64,000 nt of DNA from an uncultured Veillonellaceae bacterium (GCA_963805085.1 CAWDTA010000002.1:768001-832000); one strand, 5' to 3'; positions 31,349 to 42,201 are shown, numbered from the stretch's first letter. The notes: generated by a model from the letters alone, not told the origin. Numbers and translations: made by a program.

Positions 31349-33218
31349 CTGTATGAGGTTTTACCTCATACGGCTTTCCGACATTCTTCTTCCTTCAGCG
31401 TTCGTTATCCAGCAAGTTTTAATAAACCAAGCTTGCTAGACATCTTCCGGACATCTTTGATGCCAGCTAGGTGTCTTCTCTTTTGCCGTTTCTTGTTCCA
31501 CCATATTGTAAACCGCAATAATATGTACCAATCTATTTTATTGAGCCATTTAGTTGCTGTTTTTACTCCATAGTAGTTACGCCATCCTCATATTTTGGGA
31601 TTTAATCTTTCAATCAAGGTTTTTGCGTCCAGCACCAACGTTGTTCTGCTGGCTAGCACTTCCTTAATTTTCTCCCGCATTTTCTTCATGGATTTCTTGC
31701 TCGGTAGCTGGTGTGTTTGGGTATATTTTTGACCTTTTCCTGTTTCCGCTACTATTCTCCGGTGGTGCATCCCAAGAAAGTCAAATCCTTCTTTTCCGTC
31801 CCACATGGATACTAGCTTTGTTTTCTCCGGATGAAGCATCAATTCTAACCATAATCGCACTGACCAGTTTTAGGGCATGTTCGGCTTCTTTCTTGGTTCT
31901 ACAGATGACTACACTATCATCTGCATATCTTACGAGTTTCCCTAAATGGCTTCCATGCTTTTCCCACATGGTATCTAGATAGTTAAGGTATATATTAGCT
32001 AACAACGGCGATATAACTCCTCCCTGAGGACTTCCGTTTTCACTTCTTTGATAGTTACCTTCACTAATGATTCCAGCCTCTAGCCATTGTCTCAATAGCT
32101 TTAATATCCGGCGGTCGCTCACTCGCATTTCCACTAATTTCATGAGTTTGTCATGATTGATCGCATCAAAATATCCTTTAATGTCTGCATCAAGTACGCA
32201 CCAACCTTTGTTATTGCACGCTTTTCGTACCACTTCTAATGCTTGATGTGCATTTCGTTTTGGTCGAAATCCGTAAGAGCTTTCTTTAAAGTCTGCTTCG
32301 AATACCGGCTCTACGACAATTTTAACTGCCATTTGCACGATTCGGTCTTTTATTGTAGGTATTCCTAGTGGTCTTTTAGTTCCATCCGCTTTTGGGATAT
32401 ACACTCTTTTCACTGGCTGTGGATGATATTTTCCTTGCATTAGCGTTTGCTGTAGCTCATTGAGAAGTTTTCCTACTCCATAGGCTTCAACCCATTCGAT
32501 GCTAATGCCGTCAATCCCCCCGGTTCCGCCATTGGTTCTTACTCGTTTCCATGCCTCGGTTAATATATCTTCACGATATATTTTGTCGTAGAATGCATGA
32601 AATTTTCTTTTGCTGTTTATCTTGGCTGCAAGGTATATCTTTCTTTGGAGTTGTCGAACTTTTTCTTTGGTGTTATTAGCCTTTTGGGCATTCACTCACT
32701 CTTACCTCCTTTGAAAGCCTGAATGAAGCAGGGTTCCTTTCCTCACTATGGTTTTGTTGTCCATAGTGTTAATGGTACTATGAACCCCTCTGACTCCCTT
32801 CCTACAGATTCGCAATTTCACCTTTTGGCTTATATGCTTTCTTTTTACGGTTTCCCGTGCAGGGGAGGGTCTCTCCAGTTCCGAACTGTACTTTCGATAC
32901 ATGCCATCTTCTCTACACCGAAGGGTTCCTTGACGGTGCTTTCCAAGATCTTCCCGTCTTCCATGGCCTTCGCCTAAATTCCCCAGGCTCGGCTCCCTCT
33001 TGCTTCCTCGTTTACCGAGGCCCTTTTTAACGATGCGGCAAAGTTCACTTAATGTTACAGCCTATATCTTTGCTCGCCCTGCTTTTTAGACAGGTACTTT
33101 ATCCTCCCGCTTAGCACCCCGCATTTCGGCGACGCACCGGGATTTGCTACCCAGCCTCTTGGTAGTTACCGGGATGGGACTTTCACCCACTAGCACAGTC
33201 CAGCTTCGCTGGACGCGC
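31349..33218 (-). mobile_element. Group II intron, degenerate (3' end damaged)
   Basis: 5' end GCGCGTCCAGCGAAGCTGGAC at 33218; domain V 5' half GAAAGCCGTATGAGGTAAAACCTCAT at 31378-31353; RT ORF inside. Confidence 0.88.
31405..32695 (-). pseudogene. ltrA: Intron reverse transcriptase/maturase, frameshift plus nonsense
   Basis: RPLGIPTIKDR, SYGFRP, GSPQGGVISPLLANIYL, RYADD; frameshift near 31850; LNPKI*GWRNYY has an in-frame TGA at 31588-31590; no endonuclease domain. Confidence 0.92.
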
Positions 33219-33224
33219 GAAATC

Positions 33225-33266
33225 AAAAAAGCGCATGCGCGGGTTTTCCAACCTACACATGCGCTA
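33225..33266 (-). terminator. Intrinsic terminator directly upstream of the intron 5' end
   Basis: AGCGCATGTGTAGGTT-GGAA-AACCCGCGCATGCGCT then a T-tract. Confidence 0.8.
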
Positions 33267-33351
33267 TACTTCATCTTGATTGCATGCAGACGCTAAGCCT
33301 CTGCCAAAACTTCAATCGTATTATACCAAGCGAACGGACTATCTCCCTTGT

Positions 33352-33378
33352 GGGACAGAGGGACAGGTTCACTGTCCC
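33352..33378 (+). repeat. REP-like element left of the RAYT
   Basis: GGGACAGAGGGACAGGTTCACTGTCCC; inverted partner at 34178-34204. Confidence 0.8.
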
Positions 33379-33379
33379 T

Positions 33380-34138
33380 CTACAATCTATCAATTACACT
33401 TTTAGAAATTCCAGTTATCCTTGCTAATTGCCTTATCGTAATGCCATCCTTTTCTTTCATCTTTCGGATTACATTATCCCGTTGCTCTTTATTTAATCGT
33501 TGCAATTGACTAATCGTTGTTATTCCCATTTCACTTAAATATTTCATTATTTCTTGATCGGATACAATCACTTTTTCTCTACAATCCAAACACTCATCTG
33601 CATTGTTTTCATTTGTATACTCTATAAATAATTTTGTCGCCGCTGCTTTGTCACTCGAAAAATTTTCTAACGCAAGCTCTATATCTGTAATACCTGGTAT
33701 ACCGACGTAATTATGATAACTACTCCACAAATATTTACTTGCATTTTGCGTAATTCTTGCTTTTACTGGATTCTGATGGATGTACCTTAAGACCATAAGA
33801 AAATACGCCTCGGTCTCTACTACTTCACTTTTATATCTTTCTTGAAACAGATGTCCACGTCGTTCATATTTTTGATTGTACCAATATACATAGCTACTAC
33901 TAATTCGTTTTATCACTTGGTCTATTGATTCTTTATTCTCTTTTATCAGCAAATGAATATGGTTATCCATCAAACAATATCCATATAGCAAATAACCGCT
34001 CAACTTCTTATAATATGCAAGCGTTTCTAAAAATCTTTGTTTGTCTTCTTCATCTTCAAATATATTTTGTTTATTGATTCCCCTACATATCAGATGATAG
34101 ATTCCCGTTTGACTTTTTACCCGAGCTTTTCTTGGCAT
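33380..34138 (-). CDS. REP-associated tyrosine transposase (RAYT, Y1) with C-terminal HTH
   Basis: YHLICRG, CLMDNHIHLL (HUH), GHLFQERY, YIHQNPVKA, WSSY; TIRQLARITGISKS HTH. Confidence 0.9.
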   Translation of the reverse strand: MPRKARVKSQTGIYHLICRGINKQNIFEDEEDKQRFLETLAYYKKLSGYLLYGYCLMDNHIHLLIKENKESIDQVIKRISSSYVYWYNQKYERRGHLFQERYKSEVVETEAYFLMVLRYIHQNPVKARITQNASKYLWSSYHNYVGIPGITDIELALENFSSDKAAATKLFIEYTNENNADECLDCREKVIVSDQEIMKYLSEMGITTISQLQRLNKEQRDNVIRKMKEKDGITIRQLARITGISKSVIDRL

Positions 34139-34177
34139 AGTATCACCTCAATATTAGTATAACATCTTTTTATTAGT

Positions 34178-34204
34178 GGGACAACGAACCTGTCCCCTTG
34201 TCCC
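34178..34204 (-). repeat. REP-like element right of the RAYT
   Basis: Reverse complement reads GGGACAAGGGGACAGGTTCGTTGTCCC. Confidence 0.8.
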
Positions 34205-34338
34205 TCTGGTCAAACATTTTAAATATTTGGAAGGATTTTGATATTCATTAGCGAAACTCTCTAATACGAATAGAAACAATTAACATTATTGGATTTTTAT
34301 GTCGTTAATTGTCAAATGATAGACAAAGAGGTGTTGTC

Positions 34339-35358
34339 GTGCGAAAAAAATTTTTAATATTGTTAACAGTATGTTTATTACTTATTTCAATTACAATGGG
34401 AGGCTGCAGCGATATGCAAAGCAAAACAATAACTGCCACAAAAAGTTACCCCAATAGACCTATTACTGTCATTGTACCTTTTAGTGCGGGAGGTGGCTTG
34501 GATCTTCTAGCCCGGTCATGGGAAAAAATGACACCTAAATATCTAGGACAACCTTTAGTTGTTGTCAACAAACCAGGCGGAGGTGGCACCATCGGTTGGA
34601 ACGAACTAGTGAACGCTAGTCCAGATGGTTATACGCTTGGTATTAGTACCGTTGACGTACTTATCCAACCCTTATATGGAACAACGAAATATCACTACCC
34701 CACTGCCTTAGAGCCTATTGCTCAAGCTACAACTTCATCATTTATAATGGTAGTCCCAGCCGAACAGCCTTGGCAAGACCTTGATGCTCTAATTAGATAT
34801 GCCAAGCAGCATCCAGGACAATTGAAATGCGGTCATGCAGGAATAGGCGGAACAGTACATATTATTGGCGAAACATTCGCCAAAATTAATGACATTACTC
34901 TTGAGCAAGTTCCCTTTCATGGCGCTAATGACGCAATGATTGCTTTGTTAGGTAACCATATTCAAATTGCTTTTGTTAATTCATCAACAGCCAAAGAACA
35001 AATAAAAAATGGTACCCTAAGAGCACTAGCAACGACAGGCGAACAGCGACTTACTGACCCAGACTTAGCACAGATACCAACATTTAAGGAGCAGGGACTT
35101 GATATTGTATTAAACAATTGGTATGGAGTAGTAGCGCCTAAAGAGCTATCGCCTGAAATCAAAACTAAGCTAGAGGAAGGATTCAAAGCAATCATTGCCG
35201 ACCCAGAATTCAAAGCTAATATGGAAAATTTAGGATTGCAAGTTGAATATTTAAGTTCCGATGACTCCAAAGAAAAATGGATCTCCGATGGTGATGAATT
35301 GGCTAAGACCATACAAGAAACTGGAATCTTAGAGCAAATCAAAGCTCAAAAAAATTAA
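34339..35358 (+). CDS. Tripartite tricarboxylate transporter substrate-binding protein (TctC/Bug), lipoprotein
   Basis: YPNRPITVIVPFSAGGGLD, VVNKPGGGG, PDGYTL, IPTFKEQG; lipobox-like GGC. Confidence 0.92.
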   Translation: MRKKFLILLTVCLLLISITMGGCSDMQSKTITATKSYPNRPITVIVPFSAGGGLDLLARSWEKMTPKYLGQPLVVVNKPGGGGTIGWNELVNASPDGYTLGISTVDVLIQPLYGTTKYHYPTALEPIAQATTSSFIMVVPAEQPWQDLDALIRYAKQHPGQLKCGHAGIGGTVHIIGETFAKINDITLEQVPFHGANDAMIALLGNHIQIAFVNSSTAKEQIKNGTLRALATTGEQRLTDPDLAQIPTFKEQGLDIVLNNWYGVVAPKELSPEIKTKLEEGFKAIIADPEFKANMENLGLQVEYLSSDDSKEKWISDGDELAKTIQETGILEQIKAQKN

Positions 35359-35484
35359 TACTGCTATGTCCAAGGGACGGGGTTGTTGACAAGAGATAAG
35401 GTGGCGCGTACTTTTATCTCAACTAAATTGTATTTAAAAACTAAAACGGGGCTGTTGCACTAAGAAATTAGTATAGCAGCCCCT

Positions 35485-35670
35485 TAGAATGTAGACCTAT
35501 ACAGATAGTTGACATAAGAAAATCGTTGAATCAAAGCAACCCAGGCGAATCTTACTACCACTTAGCTTTGAAGACTTTTTGTCTGACCGCAGGGAGGTTG
35601 AAAGATTCGTCTTTTGCCGACTTGTTATTTTTGTTGTAAGTCATTTGTTTTTCTACTTTACTATAGAATC
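35485..35670. repeat. Degenerate MITE-like intergenic repeat
   Basis: Starts TAGAATGTAGAC, contains tgtctgaccgcagg; longer copy at 37939-38163. Confidence 0.5.
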
Positions 35671-35706
35671 TTAGAAATGCGCCCCACCGCCACTAGAAGA
35701 CAATTT
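35671..35706 (-). pseudogene. Remnant of a bioA 3' end
   Basis: Translates ...SSSGGGAHF* versus intact BioA ...AANGGGAHF*. Confidence 0.75.
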
Positions 35707-35755
35707 CTCCGTCCCCTCAACAAAAAAACACATTGTAGCCAAGAACTCACCTTAA

Positions 35756-36385
35756 TTAGGCATTATTTAAAGGAAATGTCTGCGATTGAAATGCCAAAAA
35801 TATAGCGATCCATTGATCTTTTGCAGGAAAGTGAATGAAAAGTGCGCCGTCTTGATAAGGACCATTGTCTTTTTCAAATTCCCCTGTATTTCCCTGATTC
35901 ATATGAATATCGTGTATACCATTTCCGGGTTTGAAGCCGAAATATTGATCGCGAAGTTTTTCCTCTGTATCCCATCTTTGACCGAAGGCGTATACTGTTG
36001 CATCACTTGTCCGAATTGCTAAATCGATGTATTTTTCAATCAGTTCGGCCAATTCATTGTCCTCCCCTGTAATGTGGTGGGCAGTTTTCATTTTGTGGTA
36101 ATCAAAAAGATCCTTCTTGATATAGTCTAAAGCGATACTGCTTGCCTTACTTTGTAGTGCTGTAAACCCCAAAGCAAGGTCTTTAAAGTTTGCTAAAATA
36201 TCATGGCTGTAATTTTCATCAATATAGTAGAGCAACTCTGGTGGAGATTTTACTGATTTAACATTGATTGCAAGTCGATAGTCGAATTCACTATCTACAA
36301 CATGAACCTCATAGTGGGATGAATCAGCGGCATGCATTCCTTGAATAGGTTGACATTTTAACACTCCATACGATGCTATTGGCAC
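35756..36385 (-). CDS. YukJ/DUF2278-family protein
   Basis: YGVLK, YRLAINVKS, GIHDIHMNQGN, YQDGAL, AIFLAFQSQ. Confidence 0.85.
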   Translation of the reverse strand: MPIASYGVLKCQPIQGMHAADSSHYEVHVVDSEFDYRLAINVKSVKSPPELLYYIDENYSHDILANFKDLALGFTALQSKASSIALDYIKKDLFDYHKMKTAHHITGEDNELAELIEKYIDLAIRTSDATVYAFGQRWDTEEKLRDQYFGFKPGNGIHDIHMNQGNTGEFEKDNGPYQDGALFIHFPAKDQWIAIFLAFQSQTFPLNNA

Positions 36386-36720
36386 AGTAATCCCTCTCCT
36401 TTATATCATATTATAATATTAAAGATTTATAACTGCTTACAATAAAATAATTACTTATATTTCCATTTTATTAGAAAACCGAAAAACAGTCAACGTAAAT
36501 AATATATAAATTATGGTATGTATTAATAAAGAGTGAATTACTCTGGGTTGTTATAGCAATTCGTCTATTTCTATACCTTATTAATTTCCTTTCGGGAAGA
36601 AGATTGGGACGTTATTGTGTCCTCCCCAAATTGCTCTATGATGATAGAACATATGTACAAATGTTGCTTTGATGCATATGTTCATAAAAATACAATCTTG
36701 AACAAGTGTGAAAATAATCG

Positions 36721-38200
36721 AATATTTGGAAGGATTTTGATATTTATTGGCGAAGTTAGATATATAAATAGGAACAATTAACATTATTGGATTATTGTGT
36801 GGTTAATTGTCAAATAGTAGACAATGAGGTGTTGTCGTGCAAAAAAAATTTTTAGTGTTGTTAACAGTATGTCTATTACTTATTTCACTTATAATTGGTG
36901 GCTGCAACGATATGCAAAGCAAAACAATAACTGCCACAAAAAATTACCCCAATAAACCTATTACTGTCATTGTACCTTCTAGTGCGGGAGGTGGCTTAGA
37001 TCTTCTCGCGCGGTCATTGGAAGAAATGGCACCTAAATATCTAGGACAACCATTAGTTGTTGTCAATAAACCAGGCGGAGGTGGCACCAACGGTTGGAAT
37101 GAATTGGTTAGCGCAGATCCAGATGGTTATACGCTTGGTATTAGTACCGGTGACGTACTCATCCAAACCTTATATGGAACAGCGAAATATCACTACCCCA
37201 CTGCCTTAGAGCCTATTGCTCAAGCTACAACTTCATCATTTATAATGGTAGTCCCAGCCGAACAGCCTTGGCAAGACCTTGATGCTCTAATTAAATATGC
37301 CAAGCAGCATCCAGGACAATTGAAATGCGGTCATGCAGGAATAGGCGGACCAGCACATATTATTGGCACAACATTCGCCAAAATTAATAATATTACTCTT
37401 GAACAAATTCCTTTTCATGGTGCTAATGACGCGAAGGTTGCCTTGTTAAGTAACCATATTCAAATTGCTTTTATTAATTCATCAACAGCCAAAGAACAAA
37501 TTCAAAATGGTACCCTAAGAGCGCTAGCAACGACAGGCGAACAGCGACTTAATGACCCAGACTTAGCGCAGATACCAACTTTTAAAGAACTAGGCTTTGA
37601 TATTGTATTAGCTAATTGGTATGGAGTTGTAGCGCCCAAAGAACTACCGCCAGAGATCAAAACTAAGCTAGAAGAAGGGTTTAAAGCAATGATTGCCGAT
37701 CCTAAATTCAAAGTTAATATTGAAAATTTAGGCTTGCAAGTTGAATATTTAAATTCCGATGATTCCAAAGAAAAATGGATCTCCGATGGTAATAATTTGG
37801 CTAAAACAATGCAAGAAACTGGAATCTTAGAACAAATCAAAGCTCGAAAAAATTAATACTGCTATGTTAAAGGTATTAAATTGTAATTAAAGAATAAAAC
37901 TGGGGCTGTTGCACTAAGAAATTAGTGTAGCAGCCCCTTAGAATGTAGACCTATAAGAGATAAGTTGACATAAGAAAATCGTTCAATTAAGGCAACACAG
38001 ATGAATCTTACTACCACGTAGCTTTGAAAGCTTTTTGTCTGACCGCAGGAATTTTAGCCTTCATTGCGATTTTCAAATCACCACTACCTTGAGATTCGTC
38101 TCTTGCCGACTTGCTGATTTTCGTTGTCAATTTATCTGTTTTTCTACTATATACTATAGAATCTTAGAAATGCGCGCCCCCACCATTAGCAGCAGTTTGC
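36721..38200 (+). repeat. Diverged ~1.5 kb direct repeat, copy B
   Basis: Colinear with 34222-35706 and runs into the intact bioA 3' end. Confidence 0.9.
36837..37856 (+). CDS. TctC/Bug substrate-binding lipoprotein, paralogue 2
   Basis: Same length (339 aa) and motifs as 34339-35358. Confidence 0.92.
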   Translation: MQKKFLVLLTVCLLLISLIIGGCNDMQSKTITATKNYPNKPITVIVPSSAGGGLDLLARSLEEMAPKYLGQPLVVVNKPGGGGTNGWNELVSADPDGYTLGISTGDVLIQTLYGTAKYHYPTALEPIAQATTSSFIMVVPAEQPWQDLDALIKYAKQHPGQLKCGHAGIGGPAHIIGTTFAKINNITLEQIPFHGANDAKVALLSNHIQIAFINSSTAKEQIQNGTLRALATTGEQRLNDPDLAQIPTFKELGFDIVLANWYGVVAPKELPPEIKTKLEEGFKAMIADPKFKVNIENLGLQVEYLNSDDSKEKWISDGNNLAKTMQETGILEQIKARKN

Positions 38201-39540
38201 CCTTGGTTGGTGATTTCATCAATAGACTTATAAATAATATCAAGCATCACTTCTATTTCCTCCACACTTGAGCAAAGCGGTGGCATAAATACAACTACAT
38301 CCCCAACTGGGCGGATAAATAATCCATGTTCCCGGGCTTTCATACAGACAACAGCCCCCATACATTTATCCCATGCATAAGGAATATACTGCGCCTTCTC
38401 CTGCATCAATTCTATACCAACAATCATGCCCCGTTGCCGAGCCTCACCAACATGCGTAAGTTCTGCTATCTTAGTTAATTTTTCAGCAATCACTTGCATC
38501 TTTTCTTGCAATCCTTCGATCACGTGCTCATCTTTAAATATTTTTAAGCTGGCAACGCCCGCCGCGCAAGCAAGCTGATTCGCCGTATAGGAATGCCCAT
38601 GATAAAAGGTTTTCTTTTCTTCCATATCACCTAAAAAGGTATCATAAATTTCATCTGTCGTCATTGTCGCGGCAAGTGGCATATATCCGCCCGTAATTCC
38701 CTTGGATATACACATTAAATCAGGACTGACACATTCATTATCACAAGCAAACATCCTGCCTGTCCTGCCAAAACCTGTTGCTACTTCATCCGCGATTAAG
38801 AGTACATTATATTTTTTCGTTAGTTCACGTACACGTTTTAAATAGCCTGCTGGAGCCATTAGCATGCCTGCGGCTGCCTGCACCATTGGCTCGATGATGA
38901 GCCCTGCGATTTTGTCATGATTTTCTTTCAATACCACTTCTAAAATCGCTGCGCATTGCATATGACAATCGCAGTTTTGCGTTAATTTACAATGATAACA
39001 CGATGGCGATGGCACATGATATGGTTCAAATAATAAAGGCTTAAATACGCGATGAAATAGATCAATGCCCCCTACACTCACAGTACCAATTGTATCGCCA
39101 TGATAGGCATTGCTTAAGGCAATAAATTTTGTTTTTTCGCTTTTTCCTTTATGCTGCCAATATTGAAATGCCATTTTAATTGCCACTTCAACGGCAGTTG
39201 AGCCATCATCAGAATAAAAAACTTTGTTTAATCCCTCTGGTGATACCTCAACCAACATTTCTGCAAACTCTGTTGCTGGTACATTCGCCAGACCCAATGC
39301 TGTACTATGGGCAACTTTACCTAATTGGTCAATAATAGCTTGGTCAATTTTCGGATGACGATGTCCATGAATATTTACCCAAAGTGAAGATACCCCATCG
39401 TAATATTCCTTGCCTTCACTATCGATCAATTTGATTCCTTTTGCTTCAGTAATCACTGTTTGATCATTCTCTAACCACCCCTTCATTTGTGTAAAAGGAT
39501 GCCAAATATACTCTTTATCTTTTTGTTCGATTGTAGCCAT
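38164..39540 (-). CDS. bioA: Adenosylmethionine-8-amino-7-oxononanoate transaminase
   Basis: IWHPFTQ, SSLWVNIHGH, IADEVATGFGRTG, SKGITGGY, HGHSY. Confidence 0.95.
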   Translation of the reverse strand: MATIEQKDKEYIWHPFTQMKGWLENDQTVITEAKGIKLIDSEGKEYYDGVSSLWVNIHGHRHPKIDQAIIDQLGKVAHSTALGLANVPATEFAEMLVEVSPEGLNKVFYSDDGSTAVEVAIKMAFQYWQHKGKSEKTKFIALSNAYHGDTIGTVSVGGIDLFHRVFKPLLFEPYHVPSPSCYHCKLTQNCDCHMQCAAILEVVLKENHDKIAGLIIEPMVQAAAGMLMAPAGYLKRVRELTKKYNVLLIADEVATGFGRTGRMFACDNECVSPDLMCISKGITGGYMPLAATMTTDEIYDTFLGDMEEKKTFYHGHSYTANQLACAAGVASLKIFKDEHVIEGLQEKMQVIAEKLTKIAELTHVGEARQRGMIVGIELMQEKAQYIPYAWDKCMGAVVCMKAREHGLFIRPVGDVVVFMPPLCSSVEEIEVMLDIIYKSIDEITNQGQTAANGGGAHF

Positions 39541-39544
39541 GTTT

Positions 39545-40273
<729 letters not shown>

Positions 40274-41440
40274 CTATTCCATCCCCTCATCTTGTAGTGC
40301 TTTTGCTATTTTCTTAGCTGCCTTAGCTAACTCTGCTTTATCGTGCACCGCAGACACAGTTAAGCGTAAACGACTCTCGCCAACTGGTACCGTGGGTGGA
40401 CGAATGGCGCTCAAAATAATACCTTTCTCACTTAATATATTGGCTATTGTTGTTGCCTTTTGGGCACTGCCAACGATAATCGGAATAATTGGTGTCTCTA
40501 CCCGATTGACATTCACGCCATATTTTATTAATTCCACCCGCATAAAATAAGCATTTTCAGCCAATCGTTCTACTAACTCAGAACTGTTTATCACTTCTTT
40601 TAATGCTGCATGAGCCGCTGCAATCGTAGCTGGTGCTAGTGCTGTAGAAAAAATATAGCTACGCGCTTTGTTGATTAAAAAGTCAATCAACTCTTTTTTG
40701 CCTGCAACATAGGCCCCTTCAGCCCCCAAAGCCTTACTTAATGTACCCATTTGAATCGTAACCTCGTCCTCTACACCAAAGTGTGCTGCAGTGCCCCGAC
40801 CACGCCCAAGCACCCCCGTTGCATGTGCATCATCTACCATTACGAGCGCTTGATATTTTTTTGCAATGTTAACTATTTTGTTAAGTGGGGCAATATCACC
40901 ATCCATACTGAAAACGCCATCTACGATGATCATTCGTTTTCCCTTACAAGGCGTATTTTGGATAAGCTCCTCTAATTTAGCCATATCAGAATGAGGGAAA
41001 ATTACCCGCGTTGATCCTGATAATCGACAGCCATCAATAATACTAGCATGGTTTAGTACATCGCTAAAAATAACATCCTCTTTCCCCATGACCGCACTAA
41101 TTGTTCCTAGATTCGCCATATACCCAGTATTAAATACTACCGCTGCTTCGGTGCCTTTAAAGCCTGCAATATCTTTTTCCAAAGCCTCATATAAAGGATG
41201 TGTACCTGTCGTAAGCCTCGCACCGCCAGAACCAGTACCATATCTTTCAATTGCTGTAATCGCTGCCGCTTTTACCTTAGCATGATGCGTCAAACCCAAA
41301 TAATTATTAGAAGCTAGCATCAGATATTCAGTGCCAGCAACTTCAACATGGCTCGCACTGATCGGGTTATAGACTCGGTTTTGTCGATAGAGACCATGCT
41401 CTTTCATCGTTGTTATATATTCTCTAAAAAAATTTATCAT
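40274..41440 (-). CDS. bioF: 8-amino-7-oxononanoate synthase
   Basis: SNNYLGL, LNHASIIDG, VFSMDGD, DDAH, GTLSKA, IRPPTVP. Confidence 0.93.
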   Translation of the reverse strand: MINFFREYITTMKEHGLYRQNRVYNPISASHVEVAGTEYLMLASNNYLGLTHHAKVKAAAITAIERYGTGSGGARLTTGTHPLYEALEKDIAGFKGTEAAVVFNTGYMANLGTISAVMGKEDVIFSDVLNHASIIDGCRLSGSTRVIFPHSDMAKLEELIQNTPCKGKRMIIVDGVFSMDGDIAPLNKIVNIAKKYQALVMVDDAHATGVLGRGRGTAAHFGVEDEVTIQMGTLSKALGAEGAYVAGKKELIDFLINKARSYIFSTALAPATIAAAHAALKEVINSSELVERLAENAYFMRVELIKYGVNVNRVETPIIPIIVGSAQKATTIANILSEKGIILSAIRPPTVPVGESRLRLTVSAVHDKAELAKAAKKIAKALQDEGME

Positions 41441-42201
41441 ACTGTTTCCTCATTTATGCCTACTAAAACAGGCTGATATTGAAGATACTGGATCAATTCT
41501 GCTATATCACTATCATGTTTCACAAAAAAAACCCGCCCCCCTTGCCAATCACCAGCTTCTTTTAATTGTGTAATCCGATGATATTGTCGTCTCGCTGCTA
41601 CATACCCTGTCACATAATCAGGATCATCCGACCAGCAAAGTTCAGCGACTATTTGCGGAGCAGCTGCTACTTTTGCCGCCAGCACGAGTGCTTCCCTGAC
41701 ATGAATATTTTCTAGACCTTGCTTAGTCAGCCAAGAACAGAAATTTTTTTCGTTATAAATATCCATTCTAGAAACACGAACGCCACGCTGCGCTAAGGAA
41801 TCCAAACGTTTTCCAGTTACCATATCCAATAGCATCGCACCGCGCATACTTGTTTGTAAATGATCAAGTTCATAAAACGCCTGCTCCACTGCCGTTTGTG
41901 TAATCGCTGCTGATAGCAGCAATTTTTTAGCAGCAGTTCGTCCACTTTGTACTGAATCAACAAGATAGGTTGCAATTGGTAATAGCGGCACTTGCTTGAT
42001 CGTTTCCTCTGCCACTGTTTCAATCGTTAAGTTAATAAAATCAGCTTTACCACGACTATGCGTTAATGCCCGCTGGATCATTTTTTTTGCGATATCTTCT
42101 AAGTTTTCTTCACGAAGTAAACGCTCTGCTCCTGAAATATGTTGCCCACCACATTCATGAGCGCCACCTTCTGCCGCTCGCATTCTAATACTATACAGCA
42201 T
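41437..42201 (-). CDS. bioW: Pimeloyl-CoA synthetase
   Basis: YSIRMRA, HISGAER, ELCWSDDPDYVTGYVA, GGRVFF. Confidence 0.93.
   Translation of the reverse strand: MLYSIRMRAAEGGAHECGGQHISGAERLLREENLEDIAKKMIQRALTHSRGKADFINLTIETVAEETIKQVPLLPIATYLVDSVQSGRTAAKKLLLSAAITQTAVEQAFYELDHLQTSMRGAMLLDMVTGKRLDSLAQRGVRVSRMDIYNEKNFCSWLTKQGLENIHVREALVLAAKVAAAPQIVAELCWSDDPDYVTGYVAARRQYHRITQLKEAGDWQGGRVFFVKHDSDIAELIQYLQYQPVLVGINEETV

Larger units (their letters stand above)
34222..35706 (+). repeat. Diverged ~1.5 kb direct repeat, copy A (promoter-tctC-hairpin-MITE-bioA tip)
   Basis: Colinear with 36721-38200 from aatatttggaagg to ttagaaatgcgc. Confidence 0.9.

Noticed and set aside
31588-31590. In-frame TGA as selenocysteine or programmed readthrough
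   Set aside because: It falls at a conserved Arg position (one change from CGA) in a gene that is already frameshifted
31405-32695. RT as retron, DGR or defence-system RT
   Set aside because: It has maturase-type motifs, an intron 5' end and domain V; no template/variable repeat pair or msr-msd was seen
32702-33274. Short ORFs upstream of the RT
   Set aside because: They lie in intron RNA domains I-IV
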